Positions 13,000-25,043 of a DNA stretch of 64,000 nt are shown here, piece after piece. The DNA lies in assembly GCA_976226885.1 (NCBI GenBank), contig OZ320314.1:68944001-69008000 (forward strand), given 5' to 3'. The notes below the pieces were generated by a model. That model searched no databases. It was not told where the DNA came from and worked only from the letters and a program-made list of their open reading frames with translations. Within the stretch, counting starts at the first letter, position 1; each line of letters opens with the position of its first letter. The position numbers and the translations under genes are program-made. This stretch comes from Iphione sp. A-MEVVRFRX5 (taxonomy: Eukaryota).

Positions 13000-13720
13000 G
13001 ACGAGCATCGGCCTTAGGCGAGGCGAATTTCCACCGAAGGGACAACAATTAAGAATCTCGCCGCCAATAGGTGTAATCGGAGAGCTGGCCGACGAGCTAT
13101 CGGTTTGCCTCCGCTGTTGGGCCCGACGTCGGCGGTGGAAACAATAGCGGTGAATTAATGCAGCCCGCAAATGATGGCGCCCATTCTGCCCAGGCTGCCC
13201 CGGTTGGCTTGTCTTTCAGGCAGACAGCCGCAGGCTCCTTGATAAGGTTGCCTGTCTGGTTTTCCATACAACCCCAGCGCGGTTCTCAAACTACTGATCG
13301 CAAATACGTCAGGGCCCGAGTCGCACAGGCAGGAGAGAAGAATTCTGCGCGAGATTCTGCTGATGCCGACAGGTGGTTGACTCGACGAGGGAGGAGGGAG
13401 AGGCTAAGTAATACAGGGGAGAAAGGCGGGTATAGATGTAGAGCTGGGGCGAGATGGATGATGGGAGGAAAGGAGGGTCTGCTGGATAAGGCGACCATTC
13501 CTACTTCCACAGTTCTCCCACCCTCCACACCAAACACCAGCAACTCCTATTGTTTTATGCATGTCGATGTCCCTAGGGGTCGCTCTTCTCGCGATGCGCC
13601 CGCCCTAGAGGGGGCGCCACCGAGGGGGATCAATCCAGCCTCATCCTGCAGCGGGTGCGTGCGACTCCGACCATCAATGTCTAACATATCATCGGCCAAT
13701 CACGGAACAATCACTGCACA
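13000..13720. promoter_or_regulatory. GC/CpG-rich putative promoter region upstream of gene B
   Basis: CpG-rich island about 0.3-1 kb upstream of the 12.7 kb exon. NF-Y-type GCCAATCA at 13695-13702 and CTCF-like CCCTAGAGGGGGCGCCA at 13603-13619. No expression data. Confidence 0.4.
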
Positions 13721-16575
13721 GAAATAACCGCACCTGGCCGCATATTTAACGGACAATGGACAACACAGTACAAATAATGGTTTTCTTGCGTAGGTGTAAA
13801 TGTACCTGCCTCCACTAGAAACAAAGGAGACTCTAAACAAGGCTGTTTTCTTCTTGTGTTCGTTCCGTAATTTGTTTTCGAGAAATGCGGTAACAAAAGC
13901 GATCAACATATTTACGATAGTGATTTTTTATTGTATCCAATTAAGAAAATGCAACACAGAGGGAAACGTGAGACTGCAGATATGTGTATACACAGTGCAC
14001 TTCCATCCAGTAATAGCGGACATATGAGTATACTGATCAGTAGGACCAACAGAATAAGCATCAATAAAAGAGCAGACATGAGCTTTTGGCGGAGGGAAGA
14101 CAGTCTCGACATGAATAGGTTTCGGTTAGAATCACTCTCTCACTGATAGTGGTTTCCATACCAAATAAAGACATCGATGGGTTCTCGTCACTGAGTCTAG
14201 ACCTTTTCGCCCGTCTACATTCCTTGATCGTTTGTTGCCGTTACATTGTTATTCATTCAAAATGAATACAACGAGGGAGAGGGGGCAATCAAAGTAAACT
14301 GTATAATTATTCGTAACAAGATGTGAGATATGATATAAATACTCAATGCTACTTTAATGAATATATGCGTGTATATTCAAGATCCAGTTTGAATTCGGAC
14401 TGATACATATGGTGTCGCAAATCATTATACATGTAGTTCTGTTCCTTCTAAAATGGGCAGCACACTTGTACTACAAAGTACACATATTTAACGAGATAGC
14501 TACATATACTTAAACAGCTAACATTGTAAATCAATGCAAAATAAGTGCTGAATGTAAAATTTCCATAAACCGCAAATAATTTAAAAATAATTGTAAAGTG
14601 TAGAAACTTCTGTTTTCATAGCTTTGTTTTACAAAAGGATATTGTCACAAAGGTATAGACACTTCTAGTTTCAGCTACTCTCATCACGTGTTTAGTAAGC
14701 ATAGTCGGAATCTGGTGTTACATATATGCTACTGAGCAACACTAAGTATCTCTGCTAAATTAATTCTATGACACTTTTTACACGGTACTGAGGCAGCCGC
14801 CTCTCGGCTACACTCTGTAGAACTGCACTACCATTCCGCAGCGGGACTCCCGAAGTGCAACCTTTTAAGTCACTTACGTCTGTATCTCCCTGTCTGGCAA
14901 TACATTACATACATTCGGAAAAGTCCGAAGTTGAGAAAGTTTGTTTGCTCACCTGTGATTATTGTAATTCTTTCAAGTAGCGCTTCAATGCCGGTAACTG
15001 AGTTGTCCTAAGCTATGCTATAAAACGGAGGGGTCATTTTCAAAGGCGGACGTTAGAAACAACTATAGAAGAGGATATCCTGCCATGCTTTTGATGGTGA
15101 ATGGCACGGAGGGGGGTTGGCGCTCTGCTGATCCACAGGCCTAAGGTTCAAATCCTGAAAGGACTAATTAAAACCTTTGAGATTACATATTTACAGCCTC
15201 TTCCGAAACTGGACCAACTATGCAAAACGCTGACGGTGCATGGAATCTATTATTGTCAAGGCACTAGACATTTGACGTAGCAGTAGAGGAGGCCCCCTTT
15301 ATCCTGGAACATCATCTTCAACAGGAAAACGTATTACGTATTCGACCGCAGGACCACGTAGAAGTCTCTAATTTTATAGTCGGATGGGCAGAAGTCCTCT
15401 AAAATGTCTAGTCCCTTACATGAAATAAATATCCACAGCAATTATGGAGTAATTTCTATCAAGGTTAGTCTCGTGCTAGAACCTACGAAATATGAAATGT
15501 GGGGAAATTTTACAGCGAAATTAACTTTATGCTTCTTCAACATTTTATAGGGTCTGGATAGATAACAACATGGTCGGAAAACAGCATCGTTAGGGTCGAG
15601 TAAAAGGTAGGTGGGTAAAGGTGACTATGTCAGCCATAGGGTATTGGTATGGGATAAGTAAGATCGAGGTGAAGAGATATAAGCCCTTGAATGAAAGTGT
15701 CACTTAACACGCACCTCACAGAAGGATCACAAACTTATATGAAGTATAAAAAAGTTTTTTGATCAGTCAAAATCGATAGCAAAATCAAGCCAACTTCAAC
15801 TTCAATGAGGGAATTTAAAGCCCTTTAGGTGTGGCATCCTGGAATGTAGCCGTGGCTGGCATTGTTTAGGGGATAATATCATTTATTAACGCATGAACAT
15901 CGGTCAAATCAAGATAATTCTCACGACCATTACAACTGTCAACATACACATCGAAAAATACTGACAAGACACCTAAACATGGTGTCGCAACATTTTCCCC
16001 GAAGTTCCACAATCAGGTTGTAAACAGGGACCATTTTAAGAGTCTTTCATAGTCTTTTTTCCTATATTTTGGTTCCACGGACCGAGATGTACGCAGTAAC
16101 TCGATGTAAATTATAATACTGCAGAACGTCATGACCTAAACTCTGCGTCAAATTGGACGAGTGTCAAGCATTGAGAATTTAGCTCCAACATCGACACTGG
16201 TTAAGTAATAAGTCCGGTGAGTAGGGTACGAGGCCCACTTCAAGGAACGACAGAAAAGGGCGGAGTGTTTGGGTAGTCACATTAATATACTGCGTCATAA
16301 CGGTTGCATGCGCCCGTCAAACGGGGGTGGCAGTGTACTCGGGAGGTTGGTACCGTTCACGCCGCAATTGATCATGAAAGTGGGCCCACACTGCGTCAAG
16401 GAATGGATCAGAATACAAACCAAGTGAAAACAGCCATCACTTAGTGATTCGGTAGGCGCACCCCCGAATAGCTACCCCCAGGCCGCCTTAGTACAAAACC
16501 GAGGGGCAGCCTTGAACCGGAGAACCGATGGCTTGTGGGTAAAGGGCATCAAGGAAGAAGAAAATGGAATGAGAA

Positions 16576-16911
16576 ATGAGCGGAATTAAGTCTGACCGCG
16601 GATATAAAGTGAAAGCATCCGGCCTTGTTGCCACTAGGGACTCATTCTCTAAGGCGCAGTGGTCGCATGGAGGCGTGTATACAAATGTGGCCAGCTACAA
16701 GGCCCACAGCAGTGCTGTCATAGACAAAGCAGACTGGACCGCCTATATACAGTCTAGACACAGCCTTGACCCGAGGAAGCCATTGGGAGCCATCTTTACC
16801 GATGAACGACCGCAAGAAGAAGCCATTCAAGTCACACCGACAAAATTCACTGATTTCTTAGGCGATTTTCTGAATAAGGTCAACACCTCCCAAACGGACA
16901 TGGCGCGGTGA
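16576..16911 (+). other. Orphan 111-aa ORF between genes A and B, unknown status
   Basis: ATG-to-TGA ORF with protein-like composition. No recognised homology and no clear splice context. Confidence 0.25.
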
Positions 16912-19356
16912 ACTGTTTTAATTTATATTTCTGTACATGAGACCATACAACCGTTTGAGGGGGGCGCTCATATCTTAATGCCGAATTGTTATGAATTAAC
17001 AGACCGGTGAAAATCTCTTCTTTTTTAAAATTGTAATTGTGAGGGGCCTTTCTTGACAATAGTGCAGCATTTACGACCTACCTAAGGGCTCTTCCGAGTT
17101 TAGTTCTTAAATACTGTCTCTGCTGGGCACGAATTAGGCTGCTTGCAAAATGGAGTATTCAATATCACTCTAGCTTTCCAGGCTGGCTGCGCCTTTAGCT
17201 GGAAAGGGTGGGCTAGGGTGAGACCGTCTCCCACCACATATTAGGTGCGTGCGCAGTGGACCGGTCTACGCCTCGCCTCCACCCGCCCACGTGGTGACAA
17301 AAGCTTGTGCGTCATCAGGTTGGAGCCATAACATCCATATTGCATTAGGAGGTTGGGGTGTGTGTGTGGGAGGAGCCCTGGACAGGTGCTAGCACCCAGG
17401 GTTATACGGCGGCAAAATGGGCCGCCGCCGCCGCCGCCGTCGCTGTCTCGCGGCCCGACGTAGACCAGAAGAGACAGATGACCTGCTGCTCAACTGGAAG
17501 CATACAACGGCATGGAGACTACACGTCGGTTTAAGAGGAGAATAACTATCCAAATAAATAGCCTTATCTGGTTAATATTATAGTCGCTCTTCTCACAGTT
17601 TGTAAATTGGGGTTGAACACGTTTAGCTCATACTGTGCATGGATTCCGCCCGATGGAGTAGGGGAGTGACAGCGGGGAGGTGATTAACCCCCTTTTGAAC
17701 TGTCAAGACCATCAAATGAAAAACACTTCCTGCAGAGGGAAAAACGCATAATTAGAATGATTCGAGTTGTTGGAGTGATTAGACGTAGCCAGAGGTATCA
17801 CTTGATTGGCACAGGGCAAGCTGTGACGGTCTGATCGATTCAGAAGAGAGGCCGGATCATCCCATCCGAAGGGGGATGGGGATGAGGGGCGGGGATGTGG
17901 GAGCAAGCACTAACGCAATCACCAGTCATTTCGTGCTCCAACCTCCCACTCGGTCGGCTCATTTAATGAACTTAAGTGCTCCAAGACCCTCGTCTCGCCT
18001 TGTCATGCAACTTGGAGGCAAAATCTGATGATTCTCCCACGAATGTGAGGGAAGTATTTGCTTCATTTGAAGGAGGGCGTTTTTCTTCCTTTACGTTTTT
18101 CACGATATTTCCGACCAGGATGTTACAAGAAGCGCTTTCCTGATAAGGCTGGTGGGAGAGTGGTTCGCATGGACGAGCTGAGGGAACCCTTCACTGTTAG
18201 AGTCTTGTCAGTAGGCAGCCTATCGCAGATACTTAGGAAATGTGTTCAAATGTCAGCTCAGTTACGAATTATACTCCCACGCATACCTGCCTATATGAAA
18301 AGGTTACTTTTTGCAAACGAGTATTCTTAGAAGAGAGCAAAACCACGAGAAATAACACTTTTGAGTTTGGATGACTCCATTTTTAAGATAGTGACCATTT
18401 ACGCATCCAAGGACTTTTCAAATATTTTGGTATCATTTTACGGTAGAATATCCGGAATATATTGCAAAACATCGCCCAGCAGAATAGGGCCGAAAGTAAT
18501 GCCTTATAGTCGCAAGCATGGGTCGCCATGCAGAAATACAAATCTCTACTTCTGGGAATGCAGCGTGAATCTTTTATTTAAACAGGTGGCCAAAAGCCAG
18601 GAACTCCAATTAGGTGAAGTACACGCTGATCCCACAAGAATAGAGGGCGGTCGTGGCGGTTCAGCGCATTCAGGTGTATTCTGCACATACATGCATAATA
18701 CCTTTTGCGTAATGACTGTGGTATATTTTATTATACGCTTTTATATATACATGGTATTTCGTAGTCTGCAGTGCTTTGGGAGAAGTTGTACTCATAAAAA
18801 CAAGCTTTTTCACCGTTTAATAAAGCCGACTGAAAATTAACCCTGCTGTGTTGAGTTTGGATGTGCTTTACCTACATTATACCAGCTTTTTTCAGGAAAG
18901 TACACGTTGATGAGAAAAAGCATGTTTTTTACGTAAAGGATTTAAAGAATATGCTATTCCTCGTCGAACTGATTCACAGCATGCCATTTGCGATGAAGGC
19001 AAAAACTGCCTTTTTGTATGGTACATGCAGGTCATCGACTTGCCTAAACCGCGGTTAAGTCAACGCAATGAGGGATATAATGGACAAAGAACAAGGAGGT
19101 ATCACGTTATGAAAAGTTGTAAAATAGATTTATCCCAATTCTACCATTTTATGCCCAAAAAATTGGGACGAATATGGACAGAACCGTAATGCAGACGGAT
19201 ATGTTAGGTGTTGTGACATGCTGCTATAGCTACCATACGGGAAGTGTGCAGGATCCTGCCACAACAAGGTCAGTGAACAATCCTTGTACTTTCACACTCT
19301 GGCTGTCGTTAGCTACCCAAGGTGCATCTATGCCGGTGCCTCATCAGTCCCTCCAG

Positions 19357-19659
19357 GTGACAGGTATTGCGCTGGTAATACGAACGACAACCTCGCCAAA
19401 CCACCTACCACCGTTCTCCGAACATGTCTCTTCACCGGTCACGAAACAAAGCCAATTAGTCGGCGGCCCCGGGAGACTGTTGTGCAGCCACGAACTGGAT
19501 ACACCCGAAGACGAGCAGGAGGAGAAGATGAAGCTGAGGACGGCGGCTGAGTTAATCCACCGTGAGCCCAACACGCCACCAAATTGGGGGTTACGCGACG
19601 ATGTACGAGTGCCATCCGAAATACATCTGGCCAGGTGTGCCTGTCCATCATCTGTGTAA
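19357..19659 (+). CDS. Plus-strand coding-like segment (exon of an antisense gene or a transposase relic)
   Basis: Acceptor tcagtccctccag|GTG is in frame with ORF 19174-19659. ELDTPEDEQEEKMKLRTAAELIHREPNTPPNWGLRDD has GC3-rich codons. Possible donor TGT|gtaaga at 19655. Confidence 0.35.
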   Translation: MTGIALVIRTTTSPNHLPPFSEHVSSPVTKQSQLVGGPGRLLCSHELDTPEDEQEEKMKLRTAAELIHREPNTPPNWGLRDDVRVPSEIHLARCACPSSV

Positions 19660-20134
19660 GAGTGCGTGCGTACTTGCACGGACGCGTATGTACGTGAGTC
19701 TGTATCTGCGTCTGGCTTTGTGCATGTGTGCGCAGGGACCCAAGGCGGGCTCGACTAGAAGGTAGGTCTTAACGTGGATTTCTTAGCGTGCATATGTGCA
19801 GAGCTTGGTCACTTGCCGGATCATAAGAACTCTGGGTTAAGTCTGATGCATATTAAGCGATAAATACGTCAAAAACCTTCCATCCAATTCTGTCAAAATA
19901 TGAAAAAACTAACGAATCACGATCTGCTAATAGTGGTTCATCGCAAAGATCGAAATATTATTCACACAAATTCCTGTCTGGTATAAATACCAACCTGGCC
20001 AAAGATGAAGCTATGTACGTGGGAAACATCTCTTTATCTGATAGGCATCTAAAACTTGACACACTGCTTACACAGCATAAAGAAAATTTCGGTCAGTATC
20101 TATCTGATTTCCTATGGCCCTCCTAGGGACATCA

Positions 20135-20140
20135 TTTATT
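20135..20140 (-). terminator. Polyadenylation signal AATAAA for gene A
   Basis: AATAAA on the minus strand 26 nt after the TGA of the 20167-20227 exon. Confidence 0.5.
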
Positions 20141-20166
20141 GGTGGTGCTCCGGTTTCCCTTGCTGA

Positions 20167-20227
20167 TCACTGCAGGTCCGGCACGAGCAGCTCCGGGTAG
20201 AGCAGCTCAGTTTCAGTATTCAGAAAG
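20167..20227 (-). CDS. Terminal coding exon of gene A (FLNTETELLYPELLVPDLQ*)
   Basis: Acceptor ctttctttctgtatag|C (phase 2) matches the phase-2 donor at 21611. Strongly GC3-biased codons, then a stop and AATAAA. Confidence 0.65.
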
Positions 20228-20419
20228 CTATACAGAAAGAAAGCTAACCTTTCGATCCGTATTCTATGAGTTACCTGGGAAGAATAGACACGGAGAGGAT
20301 CTACATGATTTGAAGGGGATAAAACATACTCGGGAGAACCCAGATGGAAGATTATAGATAAATATACCCGGCTCATGGGTAAAACATCAGGCGAAATACA
20401 TGCAATGGATCAACAGAAG

Positions 20420-20900
20420 TAATAGACGGTAGGTCCCATTCTAAATGCGGAAGACTAGTTTTAAACACACGTAATGGATGAATACCGGCAATAGGCGGTA
20501 GGACCAGCTCTAAATGATGGGTAATAGATAAGTGGTGCTAACAGATAGGAAGACTAGTTTCAAATACAGGCAATGCATTGATGGAGCTAATAGATGGGAG
20601 AACCAGTTGTAAAAAAACGGCTAGTTGATGGTGCTAACAAATAAAGGACCACTTTTACTGGCAGGTTATAGGAAGACGGAGCTGATAGACGAGAGGCCTG
20701 GACCAGTTCTAAATTCGGACAATAAATAGCTGGAGCTGATAGAGGAAAGGGCTGGCATAAAATATATACACGACAGAGATATGGAGCCCACAGATGGCAG
20801 CACCAACATGACATAGAGGCAATGGCTGCATGGTGATTATAGATGTGAAATACAAACTATCGATAGATGAGGCTGTTTTTAGATGGTTCAATCAATACTA
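20420..20900. repeat. Highly degenerate tandem repeat array
   Basis: Recurring motifs aatag(a/g)cggtagg..c(a)..ctaaat, gaagactagttt and ga(t/c)gg(a/t)gct(a/g)a(t/c)a. Boundaries approximate. Confidence 0.55.
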
Positions 20901-21610
20901 AATACAGACAATTATTGTGGAATGGCTAGTCTGACAGATCATCTCTGTGCAACTGCGTGGAGTAAATGGGCCTGGAAGGAACATTTCTTAAAAGTCGTTA
21001 GGAATAGTTGTTTCCCAAATTCACTCTTAGAATTCTACTCATGAAGGACAAGATTTTCACAATAAGTATAAGATAATGAATACCTATCAAAGATAAAGAC
21101 TTTTCACTCTTCAATAATACATAATGCTGAACACAATACTTTAAATATCTATTCCAAATGAAAGTCAAAAGGGCCATATACTGTCAAGGTATTAAGTGCT
21201 GGAATGATCTACAAGCATTGTATATGTACATGGATAGGTACAATCTTGCATTGTAATGACATAAAAGGACAATCGGCCGATTGAGGTGAAGGGACTTCCT
21301 GCTTCTCTGATGATGCCAAATATGTACACATCCACATGACAAATTACCATATTAAGAAATCATTCAATTAACTCAAAGGGTTAGGAAATAGACCCACAAG
21401 ATTATGATACTTGTAATTATATGAAGATAAGCAAGTACCAAGCAGAACATCATACTAAGAAATCATTGAGATTGGACTCAGTAGTTTAGAAGGAGACAGA
21501 ACTACAAGGTTGTGATAGAGGCTCAGACAGTTGTACAGCAGCATAAGGCAGGGAACAAAAATACATGTACTACATATGTGTTAGACGCGTGAATTAAGTG
21601 AGAAACTAAC

Positions 21611-21705
21611 CCGAAGGCATCTTGTTCATAGAACTTGATAGGATGCCTAGTGAGCAGAGGTGAGGAACACTCTTTCGACATAAATGTCCCTTCAAGTAAC
21701 AAGGC
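21611..21705 (-). CDS. Penultimate coding exon of gene A (ALLLEGTFMSKECSSPLLTRHPIKFYEQDAFG)
   Basis: Acceptor ccttgttttttaag|GCC and donor GG|gttagt. 95 nt, ending in phase 2, so GG+C makes Gly across the junction to 20227. Confidence 0.6.
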
Positions 21706-21950
21706 CTTAAAAAACAAGGTATTACACAAATTCGACGAAGTAAAAGTGGAAACTGCCAGCCAGGTAGGCTGTGAAGCCTGACACACTCCACAGAGAACCA
21801 GGGAACAGTGTCCAGACCAAAAATATGTGAAGCTTTTCTTTTCAAAGTAAAAAAAAAAAAGGATACGTGTAACTAAGAGATAGGATGACCGGTGTGAAAT
21901 TCAGGTAATGGCACAGATCGTGCGGATAAATATATGGAAGAAAGGCAACG

Positions 21951-22040
21951 ACGGAGACAGACAAAGAAAGAGACAGAGAGATACAGAGAGACAGAAAGAG
22001 ACAGACAGACAGATAGACAGATACAGACAGACAGACAAAG
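21951..22040. repeat. Imperfect (AGAC)n/(AG)n microsatellite
   Basis: Seen directly. Confidence 0.9.
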
Positions 22041-23869
22041 ATGGTGTGCAACAGTAGTGTTTAAGGTATGAATCAGAAAGGTTGTACAATTTTGAGGAAA
22101 CCGAACGGGATTTAGTTAGTGAAAAATAAGGAAAATAATCTCGAAAAAAGAAGTAATGGGAAGACACACGAAGTCCTCAGTGAAATACTGAATGTCATGC
22201 CCCCATTTAACGGGAAAAGTGTTAAATAGGGGAATCTCCACTTACAGCCCCAAACAAAGGAACTTGTATTTGGTAACCAGGGAAACAGAACGTCCCTGCT
22301 TCACTTCCAACTACTTGGTACAGGTGCATCAACCTGTTTCTACGGTCTTAGATTTCTCACGTGATTCATCCCTGCGAAAGACAGGATCTATTTGCCGTTT
22401 CCTGTTTAACTATATAGGGAGAAGAATTGTCGGCGACCTATGCACCTTAATAATTGTTCAAAGAACACAGTTATTTGCATCAGAGGAATTAGCTCACCTA
22501 CACATCTTTTGACAGAAGCAAGATGAATCAAAGTAGGAGCGAGAGACTCGGCCCTAAGAAGACACATTGACAATACGAGTTTCATACTAATGGTTATAAA
22601 GACGTGTATGTGTGTATTTATGTATATGTATGTTTATAAAATATATATATATGTGTGTGTATATCTATAAATCCACGTATGTCTTTTATACATGTTTGTT
22701 TATGGGTGAAACTAATCCTACTGGTTAAATAGTCGCAGTGGTAAGTGACTTAAAAACAGGCCTGCGCCGACCGTTGGAGCCAAGACGTTTTTGCCCCCGG
22801 GAGGCATTAATGGCTGCTAAAAGTAATAAGCTTAGAGGTCGCCACTAATCCGAACGGCTGGAGAGTAATGGAGTAATATCGAGCTACATAGAGTCCACAC
22901 CAATAGCCACACGTGCTGCTTACCAAGACGGGGACAAACACATTGTAAATATCTTACTGTGTATACGAGCTTATTGGAAAAGGTTGTAGGTTGATTGATG
23001 TCAACATGCGAAGCCCGGTGTTGGATTTTTGTGACACCGACATGCTTATCTACCGCTAGATTTACGACACATACTTCATTAGATGGATGAATGTAACCAC
23101 ATAAAAATAGTTTCTCATATGTGAAACTCATTTAGTCCCCGTACATTTTAAGCGTGTATACATATGTGTCTCTATCCTTCTTCCACAGTTTACATATAGA
23201 TATTACTAGGCCTCACTATATCCACACTTAGTAAATTACACGTTCTATGAGAAGAACGGATATGGGTCACGAATAGTGTGATCAATCCTTTTTTTTCGTT
23301 CGCTGATGAGGAAGATAAAAACAAACAGCTATCGAGAGCTTTCTTCTCATTTGCCATCCGCAGCTGATAAAGGAATAGATACGGCCAGGGGAGAGGCCAC
23401 CGGCAACGCTGTGACGTGTGCCTGAGTCGTGAATATGCAATATTTGCGACGCCAAGTGCATGACCAGCACCGATGGCAAGCGCTATGATCGATAGCCTAT
23501 CAGATTTCACTTCACTACCACCAGCCAGCGTGACAGTATGCATACAGACTACCCGTGCACTGATCGACACCCGAGTGGTCTTATACTGCAACAGCAGCAT
23601 GGCGACTTGGAAATGTAATTCTTTTTCACGTCAAATACACACTGGGCATGTGTAAGTGATTAAATGTGTGCATCTATATATGTAAATATATATATATACC
23701 CACTTACGTCTGCCGTCAATGCATTATTCATCATGTATTACTAAATCATTATTTAAGGAGGCTTTCTTTCTCGTTTGTTCTCTGAAGTTCTTCCTGCCTT
23801 CCATCCATATTATATACTCGATTCCATGGTAAAATATAGTTTAAAATGCCAAGATCATACAAGTCTTAC

Positions 23870-23890
23870 TTTCGGAAGGTGAAAGGTGTC
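23870..23890 (-). CDS. Candidate 21-nt microexon of gene A (DTFHLPK)
   Basis: ctgatttcag|GACACCTTTCACCTTCCGAAA|gtaaga, phase 0/0, compatible with the phase-0 acceptor at 21705. Confidence 0.4.
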
Positions 23891-24083
23891 CTGAAATCAG
23901 CAGGTCTGAGGTGGAATGCTTTAGCGTGAAAGTTAAAACAGCCGGCAACATGGCCCTATCACATATTTCCTGACAGGTCCTGATTGTTTTGAAGAGATCT
24001 ATTGATTACTTCAAATACAGTCCTTTTTAGCTCTATTTATCATGGCCAGGCTCCTTTGGTCTGTCATAATAGGGAAGGGAGTA

Positions 24084-24236
24084 CAGATATACCTCTCTTA
24101 ACGAAGTAAATGCGTTCAAAGTGATCACTTTATCAGAAACTTCGTTAACAGACCCCCTTTACCTTTGATCTTAAATACATGTGCTTAACTACAAGAGGCC
24201 TCGCTTTCAGAGGACTCGTTAAGAGAAGTATATCTG
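24084..24236. mobile_element. 153-bp MITE with 21-bp TIRs, Tc1/mariner-pogo (Tigger-like) type
   Basis: CAGATATACCTCTCTTAACGA (24084-24104) is inverted to TCGTTAAGAGAAGTATATCTG (24216-24236), 20/21 match. TA on the left flank, TG on the right (decayed TA target duplication). Confidence 0.8.
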
Positions 24237-24861
24237 TGCGCATCTCTACGAAGTGATTCTTCTCACAAAGGAAAATTTGGAAATGGATTTTAAATGTTTG
24301 ACCCACTGTATAAAAAATGCGTAATGGTTACTACAGCAGGACAGGATCAGTCGGTATTCCTCACAGCTGACAACTGAAATTTAACTGCATGTATGTATTC
24401 CAATCTCATAAAGTCTTAATCATAAACAAAGCTCGCCACAGAATCAGCGCCTTTCATTCTATAACATATGTCTCCCAGTTTTTTATTATTATACAGAGCC
24501 TTACACCATGTCACAAATGTTGTTGTATGTCTAAATTGAAAGATCTGCTATGCATTATAGTTTAGACCCATATTTTATAACTGCTTATCATCCAGTGACC
24601 AACACTGCAATGTAAGGACAACATGCCATTTCAATCTGTTATCACCATGCATATTTAACCTTCATGCGATAAAAAAGATATTCCGGTGAAGGTTGATGGC
24701 GTGTGAAATGTAACAGTCGTTTACTTTCAACTGCATCCCCAGCCTGTATGTGTGGGATTATTTATGTCTGTTTATGTCTCAGCCCCTTTCCCTAACTCGC
24801 TCCATCACCCTCTCTCTTTGTGTCTCTTTGTCTTGATCTGTTTGTTTCTGCGTGCCTCTGT

Positions 24862-25043
24862 NNNNNNNNNNNNNNNNNNNNNNNNNNNNNNNNNNNNNNN
24901 NNNNNNNNNNNNNNNNNNNNNNNNNNNNNNNNNNNNNNNNNNNNNNNNNNNNNNNNNNNNNNNNNNNNNNNNNNNNNNNNNNNNNNNNNNNNNNNNNNNN
25001 NNNNNNNNNNNNNNNNNNNNNNNNNNNNNNNNNNNNNNNNNNN
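24862..25043. other. Assembly gap (182 N), flanked by TC/TG-rich simple sequence
   Basis: Run of N. Confidence 1.

Noticed and set aside
15700-16050. LINE reverse transcriptase relic
   Set aside because: Only vague resemblance. The PQGS and YADD motifs could not be recovered in any frame.
16870-16895. Minus-strand LGGVDL as a piggyBac catalytic motif
   Set aside because: Five-residue match followed by a stop, with no other piggyBac motifs or TTAA-flanked TIRs seen.
20420-20900. Repeat array as a CRISPR locus
   Set aside because: Repeats are degenerate with no constant repeat or unique-spacer periodicity. There are no cas genes and the context is eukaryotic.
22246-22371. 126-nt exon between a strong acceptor (22371) and a GTAAGT donor (22246)
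   Set aside because: Stops in all three frames.
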